Origin: Sulfolobales archaeon
Lineage (GTDB): Archaea; Thermoproteota; Thermoprotei_A; Sulfolobales; AG1
Reading direction: 5' to 3'
Length of the DNA: 64,000 bases
NCBI GenBank assembly: GCA_038867615.1
Contig: JAWBYA010000003.1
Coordinates: 96,001 to 160,000 of the forward strand
Shown here: piece after piece, positions 50,239 through 59,810 of the stretch
Layout: each line of letters starts with the position of its first letter
Numbering within the stretch: position 1 is the stretch's first letter
Notes under the pieces: generated by a model
The model's input: the letters and a program-made list of their open reading frames with translations, nothing else
Database searches by the model: none
What the model was told of the DNA's origin: nothing
Made by a program: the position numbers and the translations under genes

Positions 50239-50412
50239 TTAAGCCGGTGTATATACTCCTCTCTCGAGTCTCTTTACAAGGCCTTTCTTGAGAAGCCTGT
50301 TCAGGGCTCCTCTAACTGTATTATAGTTCAGCCCTGTTGACTGGCTAATCTCCTTTGGCGATGCCTTGCCCTTGCTCTTCAAGACATTCATTACCTTTTC
50401 TGTGCTGCTCAA
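50239..50412 (-). CDS. Small basic winged-helix protein (57 aa)
   Basis: SPKEIS..TGLNYNTVRGALNRL.KKGLVKRLERGVY; TTG 50412 preceded by GGTGA. Confidence 0.82.
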   Translation of the reverse strand: MSSTEKVMNVLKSKGKASPKEISQSTGLNYNTVRGALNRLLKKGLVKRLERGVYTPA

Positions 50413-51006
50413 ATGAATCACCTAAGATCTGATCTTGATTCTGGGTTAATAAGCGTTACGTTTACAAGATCCTGGTTTTTGGAGCTCTGCATAAAGTGAA
50501 GAAGACCAAGATTCGCTCTGATGGTAATACCGCTTTGTGTTCTGTTAAGCAATCCTTGTGTTGATATCATTAGCGGTTTTGGTATGGATATAAAGGAACG
50601 ATCAGGAGCTGGTGAGGATAAACACATATATCCAGCCTATAAAATGCCAGGGACAAGGAAAATAATCAAAACCACATAGCTCTTCATCATTCTAGTTCTA
50701 GGCGCTATACCATAATAGTCTTCGCTTGCTGTATAATCCTCGGGTTCTCTATTGTTCCCTCTCACCAGCAAGGACTATTCTTTTAGATCTCAGTGTCTTT
50801 TCAAAGATTCCCTATATTGGGAAAGTCCCTCCGGTAAAGGTTTATAGATCTCTTTAAGAGATGCTAATCCTATTAATGGCACTACTGAGTCTTTTTATCC
50901 CAGGGTTAGAGGCAGATGCGAGAGGTTGTTTTGGTGTTTTTCAGATGCCGAGAAGCTGGAACATAGATCTAGAAGCTATAGTTTGCTCTAATTAAAGGAG
51001 TAACCA

Positions 51007-51537
51007 CTAGCTAGAAGCGTCTGTCGGTGGCGAGAGCACCTTCTCTATGTTCTTCCAATGCTTACCCTTCCAATATACTTTTCCACAGGAGCTGCATACC
51101 CAGTATGTTTTGTATGATGATATGATGTGGGGATCAACTTTCCCGCTAACCTCTACTAAAGAGTCTGTTTTCCTCAGAATACCGTTACATACAGGGCATC
51201 TCGTGTCGTTTTCATCAAAGTGCGTCCTTATCCTACACTTTGTTGCAAGTGTTTTTATCATATCGCTTATTTCGGTATCGTTTACGAGAACAGCTTCAAG
51301 ACCCTTTTTAACAGCTCTCCTATATAGCCCGACGTCTCTGGTGATTATAACTCTTTTCTCTTTCTCAGCTATTCTCATTATGGCCCAGTCCTCCATTGTG
51401 GGGTTGTAAAGAGTATCATAGCCAAGGATCCTTAGCCACCTGGCAAGGTTGCCCAGCATTGTGTCAACAATAAACCTAGGGTCTGTAGGCACATTATCCC
51501 CTATAATGATCCCTCTATCCTCCCTAAAAGCCACCAC
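51007..51537 (-). CDS. Mut7-C RNase (PIN + Zn ribbon) protein
   Basis: FIVDTMLG.LARWLRILGYDT, TRD, RCPVCN, CSSCGKVYWKGKH; start uncertain. Confidence 0.9.
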   Translation of the reverse strand: MVAFREDRGIIIGDNVPTDPRFIVDTMLGNLARWLRILGYDTLYNPTMEDWAIMRIAEKEKRVIITRDVGLYRRAVKKGLEAVLVNDTEISDMIKTLATKCRIRTHFDENDTRCPVCNGILRKTDSLVEVSGKVDPHIISSYKTYWVCSSCGKVYWKGKHWKNIEKVLSPPTDASS

Positions 51538-51686
51538 GATCCTATTGTAACCCGACTGCAATGTATATCGCTGAACACGCATTAATATAGTAACATAGGA
51601 TCGGCTCTAGCGTGAATGACGAAACAAAAGAAAACCTAGCGTGGAGGTTCTTAAGCTTTGAAAGAGAGATAGTGCGGGAGCATGGA

Positions 51687-51947
51687 ATGGCGAAAAAGAA
51701 GGTTGTGGGTATAGCCGGTAGATTTGGTGCGAGGTATGGATCAAGCCTTAGGAAGAGATGGAAGGAGGTGATGGAGAGGAGATACCAGGAGTATGAGTGC
51801 CCCAAGTGCAAGAAGAAGTCGATTCTGGAGAGACCGGCTGTCGGTATATGGAGATGCCCTAAATGTGGATACACATGGGCTGGAGGAGCATATGTCCCGT
51901 TTACAGAGATAGGCAGGGTATCGTCAGCTGGTGGTAAGAGAACGTAG
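51687..51947 (+). CDS. rpl37ae: 50S ribosomal protein L37Ae
   Basis: VGIAGRFGARYG, CPKC, GIWRCPKCG, AGGAY. Confidence 0.97.
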   Translation: MAKKKVVGIAGRFGARYGSSLRKRWKEVMERRYQEYECPKCKKKSILERPAVGIWRCPKCGYTWAGGAYVPFTEIGRVSSAGGKRT

Positions 51948-52009
51948 AGAATTATAAAAATACTATTAGGTAATATATACCCTAACTTCATAATATATAT
52001 GGGCTCTTA

Positions 52010-52423
52010 TTGAAGGCTCTGATAAGGATCGTTGGCGGGGCCCATAGGATTAAAGAGATCTATGATAATTATGTAAGGGAGATAAAGGAATATAATAACC
52101 AGATTAAACATACAGGCTTCTACCTCATGCCTGTGAGAAAGACTGTCAAGAAGAGTCGTAAGGATCCCTCTAAAGTTAAGTATAACTATTACTATGGGCG
52201 GTATTGGTATTTCTATATATCAACCAAAGAGAGGGGGATCTATATATATGTGGGGAAAGAGAAGCCTCTAGAATCGCTTCCAGATCCTCCGAAGAACCCC
52301 TTAGAAGGCGTGGAGATAATATACGATGGTGACGACATACTCATTCCAGAGGATCAATTTGAGAAAGTGAAAGATCTCTTCAAAGGATATACTAGTATCG
52401 TTGAGGGTGGCAAAAAGAAATAG
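52010..52423 (+). CDS. Hypothetical basic, Tyr-rich protein
   Basis: YNYYYGRYWYFY...YVGKEKP...PDPPKNPLEG. Confidence 0.72.
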   Translation: MKALIRIVGGAHRIKEIYDNYVREIKEYNNQIKHTGFYLMPVRKTVKKSRKDPSKVKYNYYYGRYWYFYISTKERGIYIYVGKEKPLESLPDPPKNPLEGVEIIYDGDDILIPEDQFEKVKDLFKGYTSIVEGGKKK

Positions 52424-52574
52424 TCGATCTACGTCAAGTAGGCATCGATCGTCGAGCTCTCTTCGCACTCTCATTATGGTTCACATAATCCTGCCTTTAC
52501 CATATCATATTATATGTGATCCTATAGGTATTAGTTGCGATTCGCCAGTGGTAAGGATGATCTTATAGATCTAA

Positions 52575-53387
52575 TTATCTATGGATCGTTTGGGGGTTGA
52601 GGACACCATATCTGAGAGAATCGATAATCCTATATCCCCACCTGAGTTTTCTAAGCTTATTGATCGTCGAATAACCGTACTTGCTATATATTTTCTTCGA
52701 AAACGCTGTAGAGACCTCTGATAGTAGATCCATGCCTATAGTTATTATTCTGCGTGCTTCTAAAGAGAGAGCCAAGAGATAAGCCCTGTCACCATCTGTA
52801 AAGCCAGGTATTACTGTGACTGATGAGCATGGTGGCAGTGTCTGCACAGTTATGAGGATCCTTTTCCCCCACTTCCTAATAAGATCTATGTTTATAGCTA
52901 TATTGCGATAGTTATCGCCGTGGATGTGTAGAACTACATAGCCACCCATATTGTATACCCTATCTGCTGGCTCTATACCACCATCAAGATCTGTTACCGA
53001 AATAACCATGGCCTCTCCCTCTACAGGCGAGCAAGCCCCGTCTGCGCAGAAGACTACATCATCCTCTCTAAACCTGAGCTCTTTATTCAACAGGCTGGGA
53101 CCGGCGCCTAATACATAGACCTCCTTATCTTTAACAATACTTGCTAGCTCTTCTAGCACCTCTAAAGGTTCTCTTAGCCCTGCTGATCTTGCTATTAAAC
53201 ATGCTGTGAGAGAAGCATCCCACTCAACATTATAGTCTATCCCCATATCTGTTAGGACCATTCTATATAGATCAATGGCTCTCAACATGTCCCATCCACA
53301 AGTCGGAGTTATGCTTACATCTGGAAGCGATCCTGCTGGATTGTTGGTAAAAGATCCTGTTTCTGTCAAGGGGCTATTCCTCCTCAA
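52575..53387 (-). CDS. mptE: 6-hydroxymethyl-7,8-dihydropterin pyrophosphokinase (MptE/DUF115)
   Basis: GAGPSL, ADGA, TDLDG, H.HGDN, GFTDGDRA, K..KL.W; real start may be ATG 53288. Confidence 0.85.
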   Translation of the reverse strand: MRRNSPLTETGSFTNNPAGSLPDVSITPTCGWDMLRAIDLYRMVLTDMGIDYNVEWDASLTACLIARSAGLREPLEVLEELASIVKDKEVYVLGAGPSLLNKELRFREDDVVFCADGACSPVEGEAMVISVTDLDGGIEPADRVYNMGGYVVLHIHGDNYRNIAINIDLIRKWGKRILITVQTLPPCSSVTVIPGFTDGDRAYLLALSLEARRIITIGMDLLSEVSTAFSKKIYSKYGYSTINKLRKLRWGYRIIDSLRYGVLNPQTIHR

Positions 53388-53763
53388 GTTTGTTTTTACT
53401 CTCTCTATAGTGTATCACCCTGATCCCTGAGTCTCTGGCGATTTTTCTCAGTTCTTTATCAATAGTAACTATATATGCTCCCAGTGCTGCTGCAAGTCTC
53501 AGTATATCGTGGTCGGCGCTCTCTTTCTCATGATCTTCAGAGATCGAGTATACATAGCATTTATCAAAGATCTTATTGATATAATCATCAAATATAGTTA
53601 GGCCTCTCCACATGGCCTTGAGGGAAAATATCTCCCTAATCACCGAGTCTGTGGTTACACAGCCCAGCATTTCGTTTAGATCCTCGTTGAGATGATCCAG
53701 AACGTCGAAGTTCTTATCAACCAGCAATAGGAAAGCACTAGTATCGATAACAGCTACACGCAT
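53374..53763 (-). CDS. PIN-domain protein (Fcf1/Utp24-like)
   Basis: VIDTSAF, V.RE, AD..I, VT.DKELR. Confidence 0.85.
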   Translation of the reverse strand: MRVAVIDTSAFLLLVDKNFDVLDHLNEDLNEMLGCVTTDSVIREIFSLKAMWRGLTIFDDYINKIFDKCYVYSISEDHEKESADHDILRLAAALGAYIVTIDKELRKIARDSGIRVIHYRESKNKLEEE

Positions 53764-53834
53764 TAACAGCTTCTCCAGAGAATCAATGCGCAGCTCCTTA
53801 TAAGCTCTCTCCTATATTCTAAGTAGGTGATGCC

Positions 53835-54065
53835 TTGCCAGTATTTGTGAAGGATCTCGAGGAATTTAAAAAATATGCGGAAAAAGCTGTCGAGTGCAGG
53901 GTTGTGAGGGATAGGAAGAAAAATGTTGGTAAGATCAAGGCTAGGACGAAGAGATACCTCTACACACTTGTAGTCCCACTAGACAAGCTGGATGATATTA
54001 TTAAGAGTATTAAGTGCAGCAACATGGTTGAGATATCTAAAGGAGTTGAGGGCGAAAAAGAATGA
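53835..54065 (+). CDS. rpl38e: Ribosomal protein L38e
   Basis: MPV.V...EEF, KIKARTKRYLYTLVV. Confidence 0.92.
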   Translation: MPVFVKDLEEFKKYAEKAVECRVVRDRKKNVGKIKARTKRYLYTLVVPLDKLDDIIKSIKCSNMVEISKGVEGEKE

Positions 54066-54397
54066 CCAGGATCGTGAGGGTAATACTGGATACAGCGTCT
54101 TACCAGCCACAGCATAGATTCTTCCTAGACATAGCTAACTGGCTCTCCAAACTCCTCAACGTAGAGCTCAAGATCATAGAGGAGGACTATGTATTTGCAA
54201 ACCAGTATGGGGATAAGGATGATTTCGGCTTCGCATGGCTGCCCCAGCTATTCGTCGAACTAGAAGGCGGGGTAATATTACCGGTGCTAACTAAGCCACC
54301 ATTTAATCCCAATACACTAGAACTTGATCAGGAGGCATCAAAGAAAGAGATAATTAATAAGCTGATGGAGAGAGGTATAGAGATCCAGGGTACCTAG
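54062..54397 (+). CDS. Hypothetical protein
   Basis: Overlaps the rpl38e stop (ATGA); EEDY...YGDKDDFGFAWLPQLF. Confidence 0.72.
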   Translation: MTRIVRVILDTASYQPQHRFFLDIANWLSKLLNVELKIIEEDYVFANQYGDKDDFGFAWLPQLFVELEGGVILPVLTKPPFNPNTLELDQEASKKEIINKLMERGIEIQGT

Positions 54398-54732
54398 TCC
54401 GGATCCTTACCCGCACTATATATCTCGAGGTATCTCTTGATCTTTCTAACTATAGCTTTACATAGGGAATCAAGTTCTTTGGCATAGGCTATCAGGCCAT
54501 GCGGATCATAGAGTATATCTGAACACATATCGCTATACAGATCAAGCGATATCTTAGCCGCAAAGACCCCTATATCGCTATATTCATATATAGCTATAGA
54601 GAAGATCCTGCCCTTATACTCTATATAGCCAGCCACACAGAGATCCTCACGGGATAGGGCTGCTCGTGATACCCCTTCACCAATAATGATAGATCTGCAT
54701 CTCGGTATATCGATCATCAATACCACATCCAT
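54394..54732 (-). CDS. Hypothetical protein
   Basis: 112-aa ORF downstream of arlJ; ILYDPHG motif. Confidence 0.65.
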   Translation of the reverse strand: MDVVLMIDIPRCRSIIIGEGVSRAALSREDLCVAGYIEYKGRIFSIAIYEYSDIGVFAAKISLDLYSDMCSDILYDPHGLIAYAKELDSLCKAIVRKIKRYLEIYSAGKDPD

Positions 54733-54783
54733 AGCCTTAGATTCCGTGAGGGAATATTTGTGAGTACACCTAGATACAAAGCC

Positions 54784-56265
54784 CTACGGGGTTACTGGGA
54801 TCTTGAGTTCTCCAAGCATGTTCTCTATTATAGCCATTAGCGTGTTGTTTGACACGGTATATACTATCCATCCTAGAGCCAGCATTATTCCTATATGATA
54901 TACTGCTCCTTTTATGCTCCCGGGATAGGAGGCCCTAGCAACTAACCCGTTAACTATTGCTACCGCTATTATTGTTATCATGTTTATGATAAAGACTGTT
55001 TCACTGCTTATCGGCGTTATGGATATTATCCTCTGTTCTGTGAGACCCAATATGTATGAGAATAGGGAGACGAGCGAGCTTATAAGACCAAGTATTGCTG
55101 ATACTAGGAGGTGGAGCATTAACAGGGTTGATTCGAAGGCCTTGGCGATTTGGATCCTCTTTTTTCTCAGATCATTTATAGAACTCATTATATCTCCCAG
55201 CATCTTACCAATACCCTTAACATCGCCTTGGTATAGGAATGTTTGGAGCATGACTTTTCCAGAGAACAGACAGATCCTCGACCCTATCTCGTCTAGCATC
55301 ATGTTCCAAGCCCTTTCAAGCTGGATCCTCAGTGATAGTCTTCTCTTAAGAAGCACTATGTTGGGCTCAAGAATCCCTAGCGAGCCCCTCATAATAACCT
55401 TTATCCCCTGCCCCATATCTGGAACGACACTCAGTATATGACCAAGGCTCCTGGTAAAGACCGGGAACATATCATCATATCTCATGAGTTTCGCCTCGAT
55501 CCTTAGTATCAATCTACCCATAAAGATCATTGGGAGTGATAGCATAAGTATTGGAAGGATCATCATGTATGGATATATAGTATAGGCTATAGTGAATAGC
55601 GAAAGCCCCAGTAGTATTGATAACAAGGCATATCTGTTGATAATCTTATCGTTTTTAGAACCACTTACAGCTATAGGATCCCTCGGCATCATGGTTATAA
55701 CCACTATGCCCAGCGCCACTAAAGATAATAGAAGACCTATGGTAGATATTATGGCTAGATGATCGCCACCGCCGAGCAGCATTGCTATGATCACTATATT
55801 AGATAGCATAAAGACAGAAGCGCTCATAAATGTTGAGAAGAGGCTGAAAAGAACCCTTGCAGCCTCGAAGATCTTGTCGAACTGGTTGACAAATGTTATT
55901 AGGGAGCTCTCTATCTCGTTCCTAAGGAAGAGTGCGAGGTCGGCGCCAGAGCCCACGATTTGTGACAGTCTTTCGAGAAAATCTTTGATAAAAGTCTTTC
56001 TAACCCTCTTTGAAGCTATAACGAGCGTGAATATTGTATCATAGCCCCACTTCCTAGTAAGTATGCTCACAAACCTAAGGATCTTTGAGATCTTCCTATA
56101 GATCTTCTCCTCCCTAGAGATGAGATCTATAGCCTCTTTCTTCTCAATACCCGAGCTTATAAGAGCATATAGATGCACCAGTAGAAAGAGATCCTCTGTA
56201 TCCATGCCAGCTCTAAAGACTCTAAGTATATCGAGCCTGGGCTTTAGCCTGGCTAACGCTAGCAT
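54784..56265 (-). CDS. arlJ: Archaellum membrane platform protein ArlJ (FlaJ)
   Basis: Polytopic T2SS-F-like protein (DFLERL..IV.SG; FPVFTRSLG) after arlI. Confidence 0.88.
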   Translation of the reverse strand: MLALARLKPRLDILRVFRAGMDTEDLFLLVHLYALISSGIEKKEAIDLISREEKIYRKISKILRFVSILTRKWGYDTIFTLVIASKRVRKTFIKDFLERLSQIVGSGADLALFLRNEIESSLITFVNQFDKIFEAARVLFSLFSTFMSASVFMLSNIVIIAMLLGGGDHLAIISTIGLLLSLVALGIVVITMMPRDPIAVSGSKNDKIINRYALLSILLGLSLFTIAYTIYPYMMILPILMLSLPMIFMGRLILRIEAKLMRYDDMFPVFTRSLGHILSVVPDMGQGIKVIMRGSLGILEPNIVLLKRRLSLRIQLERAWNMMLDEIGSRICLFSGKVMLQTFLYQGDVKGIGKMLGDIMSSINDLRKKRIQIAKAFESTLLMLHLLVSAILGLISSLVSLFSYILGLTEQRIISITPISSETVFIINMITIIAVAIVNGLVARASYPGSIKGAVYHIGIMLALGWIVYTVSNNTLMAIIENMLGELKIPVTP

Positions 56266-58957
56266 TAACCTTCACCCCTTCTATAAAGCTGAGATCTCCT
56301 TCCTCGAGTCTTCTAACAAGATCCTCTAGAGGCTGGGTATAGGTGGCTCTGATAGCCTTCCACACATTCCAGTAGCTGGTCACTTTGTTCTTTGCTAGAA
56401 GGTCTAGAAAACGTGCTCTTAACGCTAGCTCGTCATAGATTCTTTTTATCTGGCTCCTAGGAATACCCCTTCTCAGGGCTATTTTGTACTCGAGTATGAA
56501 TGAGGAGCCTCTTCCAGCATATATATGTATATCTCTACCAGGATCCCATATGAATGCTGGAAGATAGGCGATCCCTCCCCTGCTAGGATCGTATCCTATT
56601 ATCTCGTCAACCTCTATAACCCTTCTCATCAGCCTTCCTCTCTTATCATATACGGCGCTCTGGAACACTGCTATGTTCAGGTTATCAAGATAGCTTGGAG
56701 GAACCTCTATAGGGCTTCCAGTAAGCCTCTGGACAAGCCTCTGGAGATTCGCCGCATGAAAGGTACTCATAACACCATGCCCAGTGTTGTGGAGCAGTAT
56801 GGGTCTAGAACCTCCTAGGAATGTTTCTTCCCCTGGTACGGAGAGATCATATACGTAGCCGTCATAGTCTATCTCTTCTATCGATGCGATGCTAACGGCG
56901 CTCACACCTCTTACCAGCCTTACCAGGCCATCGCTGGGATCACCGTCTACCAAACCCTCCGGATCCTCTAACCCGTGGATCCTCTTGAGCCAGCCGGCGA
57001 TATCTTCAAGCGATACACCTCTAGCAGTAATCCAGTTACATCTCCTTCCACATAGATCTTCTATCGCGTTGACAAGACCAAACGCATAAGATCTAGAATA
57101 CAGGATGTCGGGAGGTAGCAGGCCCTCGGCGCATTTGATGATATTAGCCATCTTTAAATCTCTGGATAAAGGCTTCTGAATCATGGTTGGTTGTAGGTCG
57201 GGAATCGATTTTCCATCAAAGATCCGCAATAGTTTTTTCAAAATCTCCGGAAAACCTCTCAAACCTTTATTAAGTCTCTCCCTGAACCTCGGCTTATACC
57301 TCTCTTCCCTATCCTCCGCGTTGCATAGCATGAGGGCCAGACCGCACATATACCCAGGGGCTTCAGCGTTTCCTAAAGACTCATTATCATCTCCTGTGGA
57401 GAGCGATGCTGTTAGCAGCCAGTCGCCTTTATATAGTTCTGCTGGTTTAGCCTCATAGACACCTACCAGGGGGTTATAGGCCATGAGGGAGTGGGAGCCT
57501 GTCACATCGACGTAGCTTCCATCAGATAGTCTGATCCTATAGAGCTTCCCTCTATACCTATGCCTGATAACACTACCCACTTCCGCAAAGCCAACCCTAA
57601 GGCTTCTCGTTATCGTGAGCACCTCTAACCCTGTAACCCTTTTGACGCCTTCCTCACCGTCTTTGAAGAAGCTATCGACAAGATCCCCTATAGCCCTGAT
57701 CTCAACACCTCCATTGTGTCTGACCATAACAGGTGTATGCCAGGAGACGCTCTGCATAGCCTGGAAGGCTATGTTGCCCTCTCTACCCCTTATCTCTCCA
57801 ACTATGATGTAGTTCGGCCTTTGCCTGAGTGCTGCTCTCAGAAGATCGAACATAGATACGCTTGACTCCTGAGATCCCGTATCCCTTGTCAGCTCTCTAA
57901 CCCAGTTCTCGTGGGGTAGGTTAACCTCGGCGGTATCCTCTATAGATATTATCTTATACTCTGGAGGTATAAATGCAGCTATAGCGTTAAGCGTGGTTGT
58001 TTTACCAGAGGCCGTCTCACCGCATATGAATACATTCATCTGCTCCCTTAACGCCATCCATAGGTATGCAGCGATCTCTGGGCTCAGGGTACCCCATCTA
58101 ATCAGCTGTGTCACGCTTGCAGGCTCCCTAGCAAACTTCCTTATAGTGAAGTTACTTCCCCTGAGAGATACGTCTTCCCCATATACTATATTGATCCTCG
58201 AGCCGTCGGGGAGGACGGCGTCAACGATAGGCCTTGCTCTAGACACAGGCTTTCCTATTCTTTCAGAAAGCCTTATTATGAATCTGTTTAGCTCTTCGCT
58301 ATCCTTAAAACATATATTGGTCTCTGACGGACCGAAGATCTTGTGGACTATATATATACACCCAGCCCCTGGGCATGAGATATCCTCGATATACGGATCA
58401 CGTAGGAGGGGTTCTAACAGGCTTACACCGATCTTCTCTCTGAGCATGTAATACCTTATATACTCAAGATCTTTAACCGAGACCTCAACCCTTCCCTTCC
58501 TGACCCTATAGAAACCCCTCTCTCTGTTAACAGGGATCAGGATCTTATCTAGTATCTTATTTATCAGAGCTTTCTTCTCCTCAGGATCTTCGGGGGGTTC
58601 GTAGTTACCGCTCTCGATGGCAAAAGCCTCTTCAACAGCCTCGATAAGCTGTTTAGACGGCACCTCAGGCTCGATTGCGTAGTATTTTCTCTGGTGTGCG
58701 GATGGCGAGCTCTTACTATCGAGAGAGAATGCGTGGATGAATATAGGATCACCTACGGGGTAGATTACGTTGAATCTATCAGCATACTTAAGCTCGTCAC
58801 CAAGAACCTCTGTAAATGTTGGTATTTCTTTCTTCTCCATCGCTATTTTTGCTAGATAGTCGACGAGATGCGGATTTCGCTGGAGAATCTCTTTTTTATA
58901 CCCTTTAGCGATCAATATCTTCTCTAACTCAATTTCTCCCCTACCACGCATACTCAT
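56222..58957 (-). CDS. arlI: Archaellum motor ATPase ArlI (FlaI), intein-containing precursor
   Basis: YPVGDPIFIH, GETASGKTT, IEDTAE, ALRQRPNYIIVGEIRG, AFQAMQ|TGH..STFHA interrupted by an intein. Confidence 0.93.
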   Translation of the reverse strand: MSMRGRGEIELEKILIAKGYKKEILQRNPHLVDYLAKIAMEKKEIPTFTEVLGDELKYADRFNVIYPVGDPIFIHAFSLDSKSSPSAHQRKYYAIEPEVPSKQLIEAVEEAFAIESGNYEPPEDPEEKKALINKILDKILIPVNRERGFYRVRKGRVEVSVKDLEYIRYYMLREKIGVSLLEPLLRDPYIEDISCPGAGCIYIVHKIFGPSETNICFKDSEELNRFIIRLSERIGKPVSRARPIVDAVLPDGSRINIVYGEDVSLRGSNFTIRKFAREPASVTQLIRWGTLSPEIAAYLWMALREQMNVFICGETASGKTTTLNAIAAFIPPEYKIISIEDTAEVNLPHENWVRELTRDTGSQESSVSMFDLLRAALRQRPNYIIVGEIRGREGNIAFQAMQSVSWHTPVMVRHNGGVEIRAIGDLVDSFFKDGEEGVKRVTGLEVLTITRSLRVGFAEVGSVIRHRYRGKLYRIRLSDGSYVDVTGSHSLMAYNPLVGVYEAKPAELYKGDWLLTASLSTGDDNESLGNAEAPGYMCGLALMLCNAEDREERYKPRFRERLNKGLRGFPEILKKLLRIFDGKSIPDLQPTMIQKPLSRDLKMANIIKCAEGLLPPDILYSRSYAFGLVNAIEDLCGRRCNWITARGVSLEDIAGWLKRIHGLEDPEGLVDGDPSDGLVRLVRGVSAVSIASIEEIDYDGYVYDLSVPGEETFLGGSRPILLHNTGHGVMSTFHAANLQRLVQRLTGSPIEVPPSYLDNLNIAVFQSAVYDKRGRLMRRVIEVDEIIGYDPSRGGIAYLPAFIWDPGRDIHIYAGRGSSFILEYKIALRRGIPRSQIKRIYDELALRARFLDLLAKNKVTSYWNVWKAIRATYTQPLEDLVRRLEEGDLSFIEGVKVNASVSQAKAQARYT
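56786..57751 (-). mobile_element. Intein (322 aa, Ser1...His-Asn, Thr+1) with degenerate LAGLIDADG region
   Basis: Block A SVSWHTPV, block B VTGSHSL, block F VYDLSVPGEETFLGG, block G ILLHN/T. Confidence 0.93.
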
Positions 58958-59071
58958 AGATCACCACCCTTAGGCATGGATCTATCTTAGACAAAACGGG
59001 GAAGGAGGCCTTAATGGGGGGTCTTGTTATGGTCGTGCCGGTATCTATTATTGATACGCACAACATGGTGA

Positions 59072-59806
59072 TCACATCGTTGAGAGGGATATTGGTACGA
59101 CTCTAAAGCCTATTGAGGGATCTATATCGAATACTATAGAGGATTCTGCCGGGGATGTTATCCCATAGATCTTTTTCACACCTATAGTTTTATAAACCCT
59201 ACCGCCGAAGTTGATTAGATCTAGGTATAGATATATATCAGATACGGCTCTTAGTCTAAGGCTCATAGATTCATCCAGAGATCCCGGATGTATCGTTACA
59301 ACCATTGTTTTTCCAAGGCTTGTCTCGTTCCTAAGGAATGTGAGGAAGTCGAGCAATGTGTCTTTAGACGAGTATGTAACAAGTATCGATAGCGAGTCTA
59401 TAACCATGGCGTCATATCTATCCGCAAAACCTGAGAAGAACTTAGAAATGATCCTTAGGGATCTTCTTCCCAGCTTCTCATCCCACTCGGCGCCGGCTAT
59501 GTGGACAGAGTATATCATGAGCAGGCCTTTTATAAACGAGCTTCTGATGTTCTTGAACCCCGCTAGGTATGCCTTCTCAATCAGTTCTTTCACCGTTGTT
59601 TCAGTTGTTATATATAGAACCCTGAGCCCGTGGGTGAGAAGCGTTGATGTAACTAAGAAGCTGAGCACAGTCTTGCCTGTCCCATGGGAGCCCTCCATAA
59701 GTATTAATGATGGTACTGGGATTCCACCTCCAAGCTTGACATCCAGCTCTTCGATCCCTGTTGGGAGGAGTTTTTGTTTAGTCTGGATACCGGGCTTGAC
59801 ATCCAT
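59072..59806 (-). CDS. arlH: Archaellum accessory ATPase ArlH (FlaH)
   Basis: TGIEELDVKLGGGIP, GSHGTGKT, VIDSLS, TIHP, F.IDP.IGFRVVPIS. Confidence 0.92.
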   Translation of the reverse strand: MDVKPGIQTKQKLLPTGIEELDVKLGGGIPVPSLILMEGSHGTGKTVLSFLVTSTLLTHGLRVLYITTETTVKELIEKAYLAGFKNIRSSFIKGLLMIYSVHIAGAEWDEKLGRRSLRIISKFFSGFADRYDAMVIDSLSILVTYSSKDTLLDFLTFLRNETSLGKTMVVTIHPGSLDESMSLRLRAVSDIYLYLDLINFGGRVYKTIGVKKIYGITSPAESSIVFDIDPSIGFRVVPISLSTM

Positions 59807-59810
59807 ACTC

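Noticed and set aside
50239-50412. Z-DNA-binding Z-alpha domain
   Set aside because: Lacks the N..LY recognition residues and the PP.W wing motif
50150-50640. dif site near xerA (TGGATATAA at about 50585; CCTTATATC at about 50162)
   Set aside because: Only single arms resembling Thermococcales dif; no 11-6-11 inverted pair
49233-51006. Integrated virus or plasmid around the tyrosine recombinase
   Set aside because: The recombinase is intact and XerA-like, neighbours are housekeeping, and no att repeat or tRNA fragment was seen
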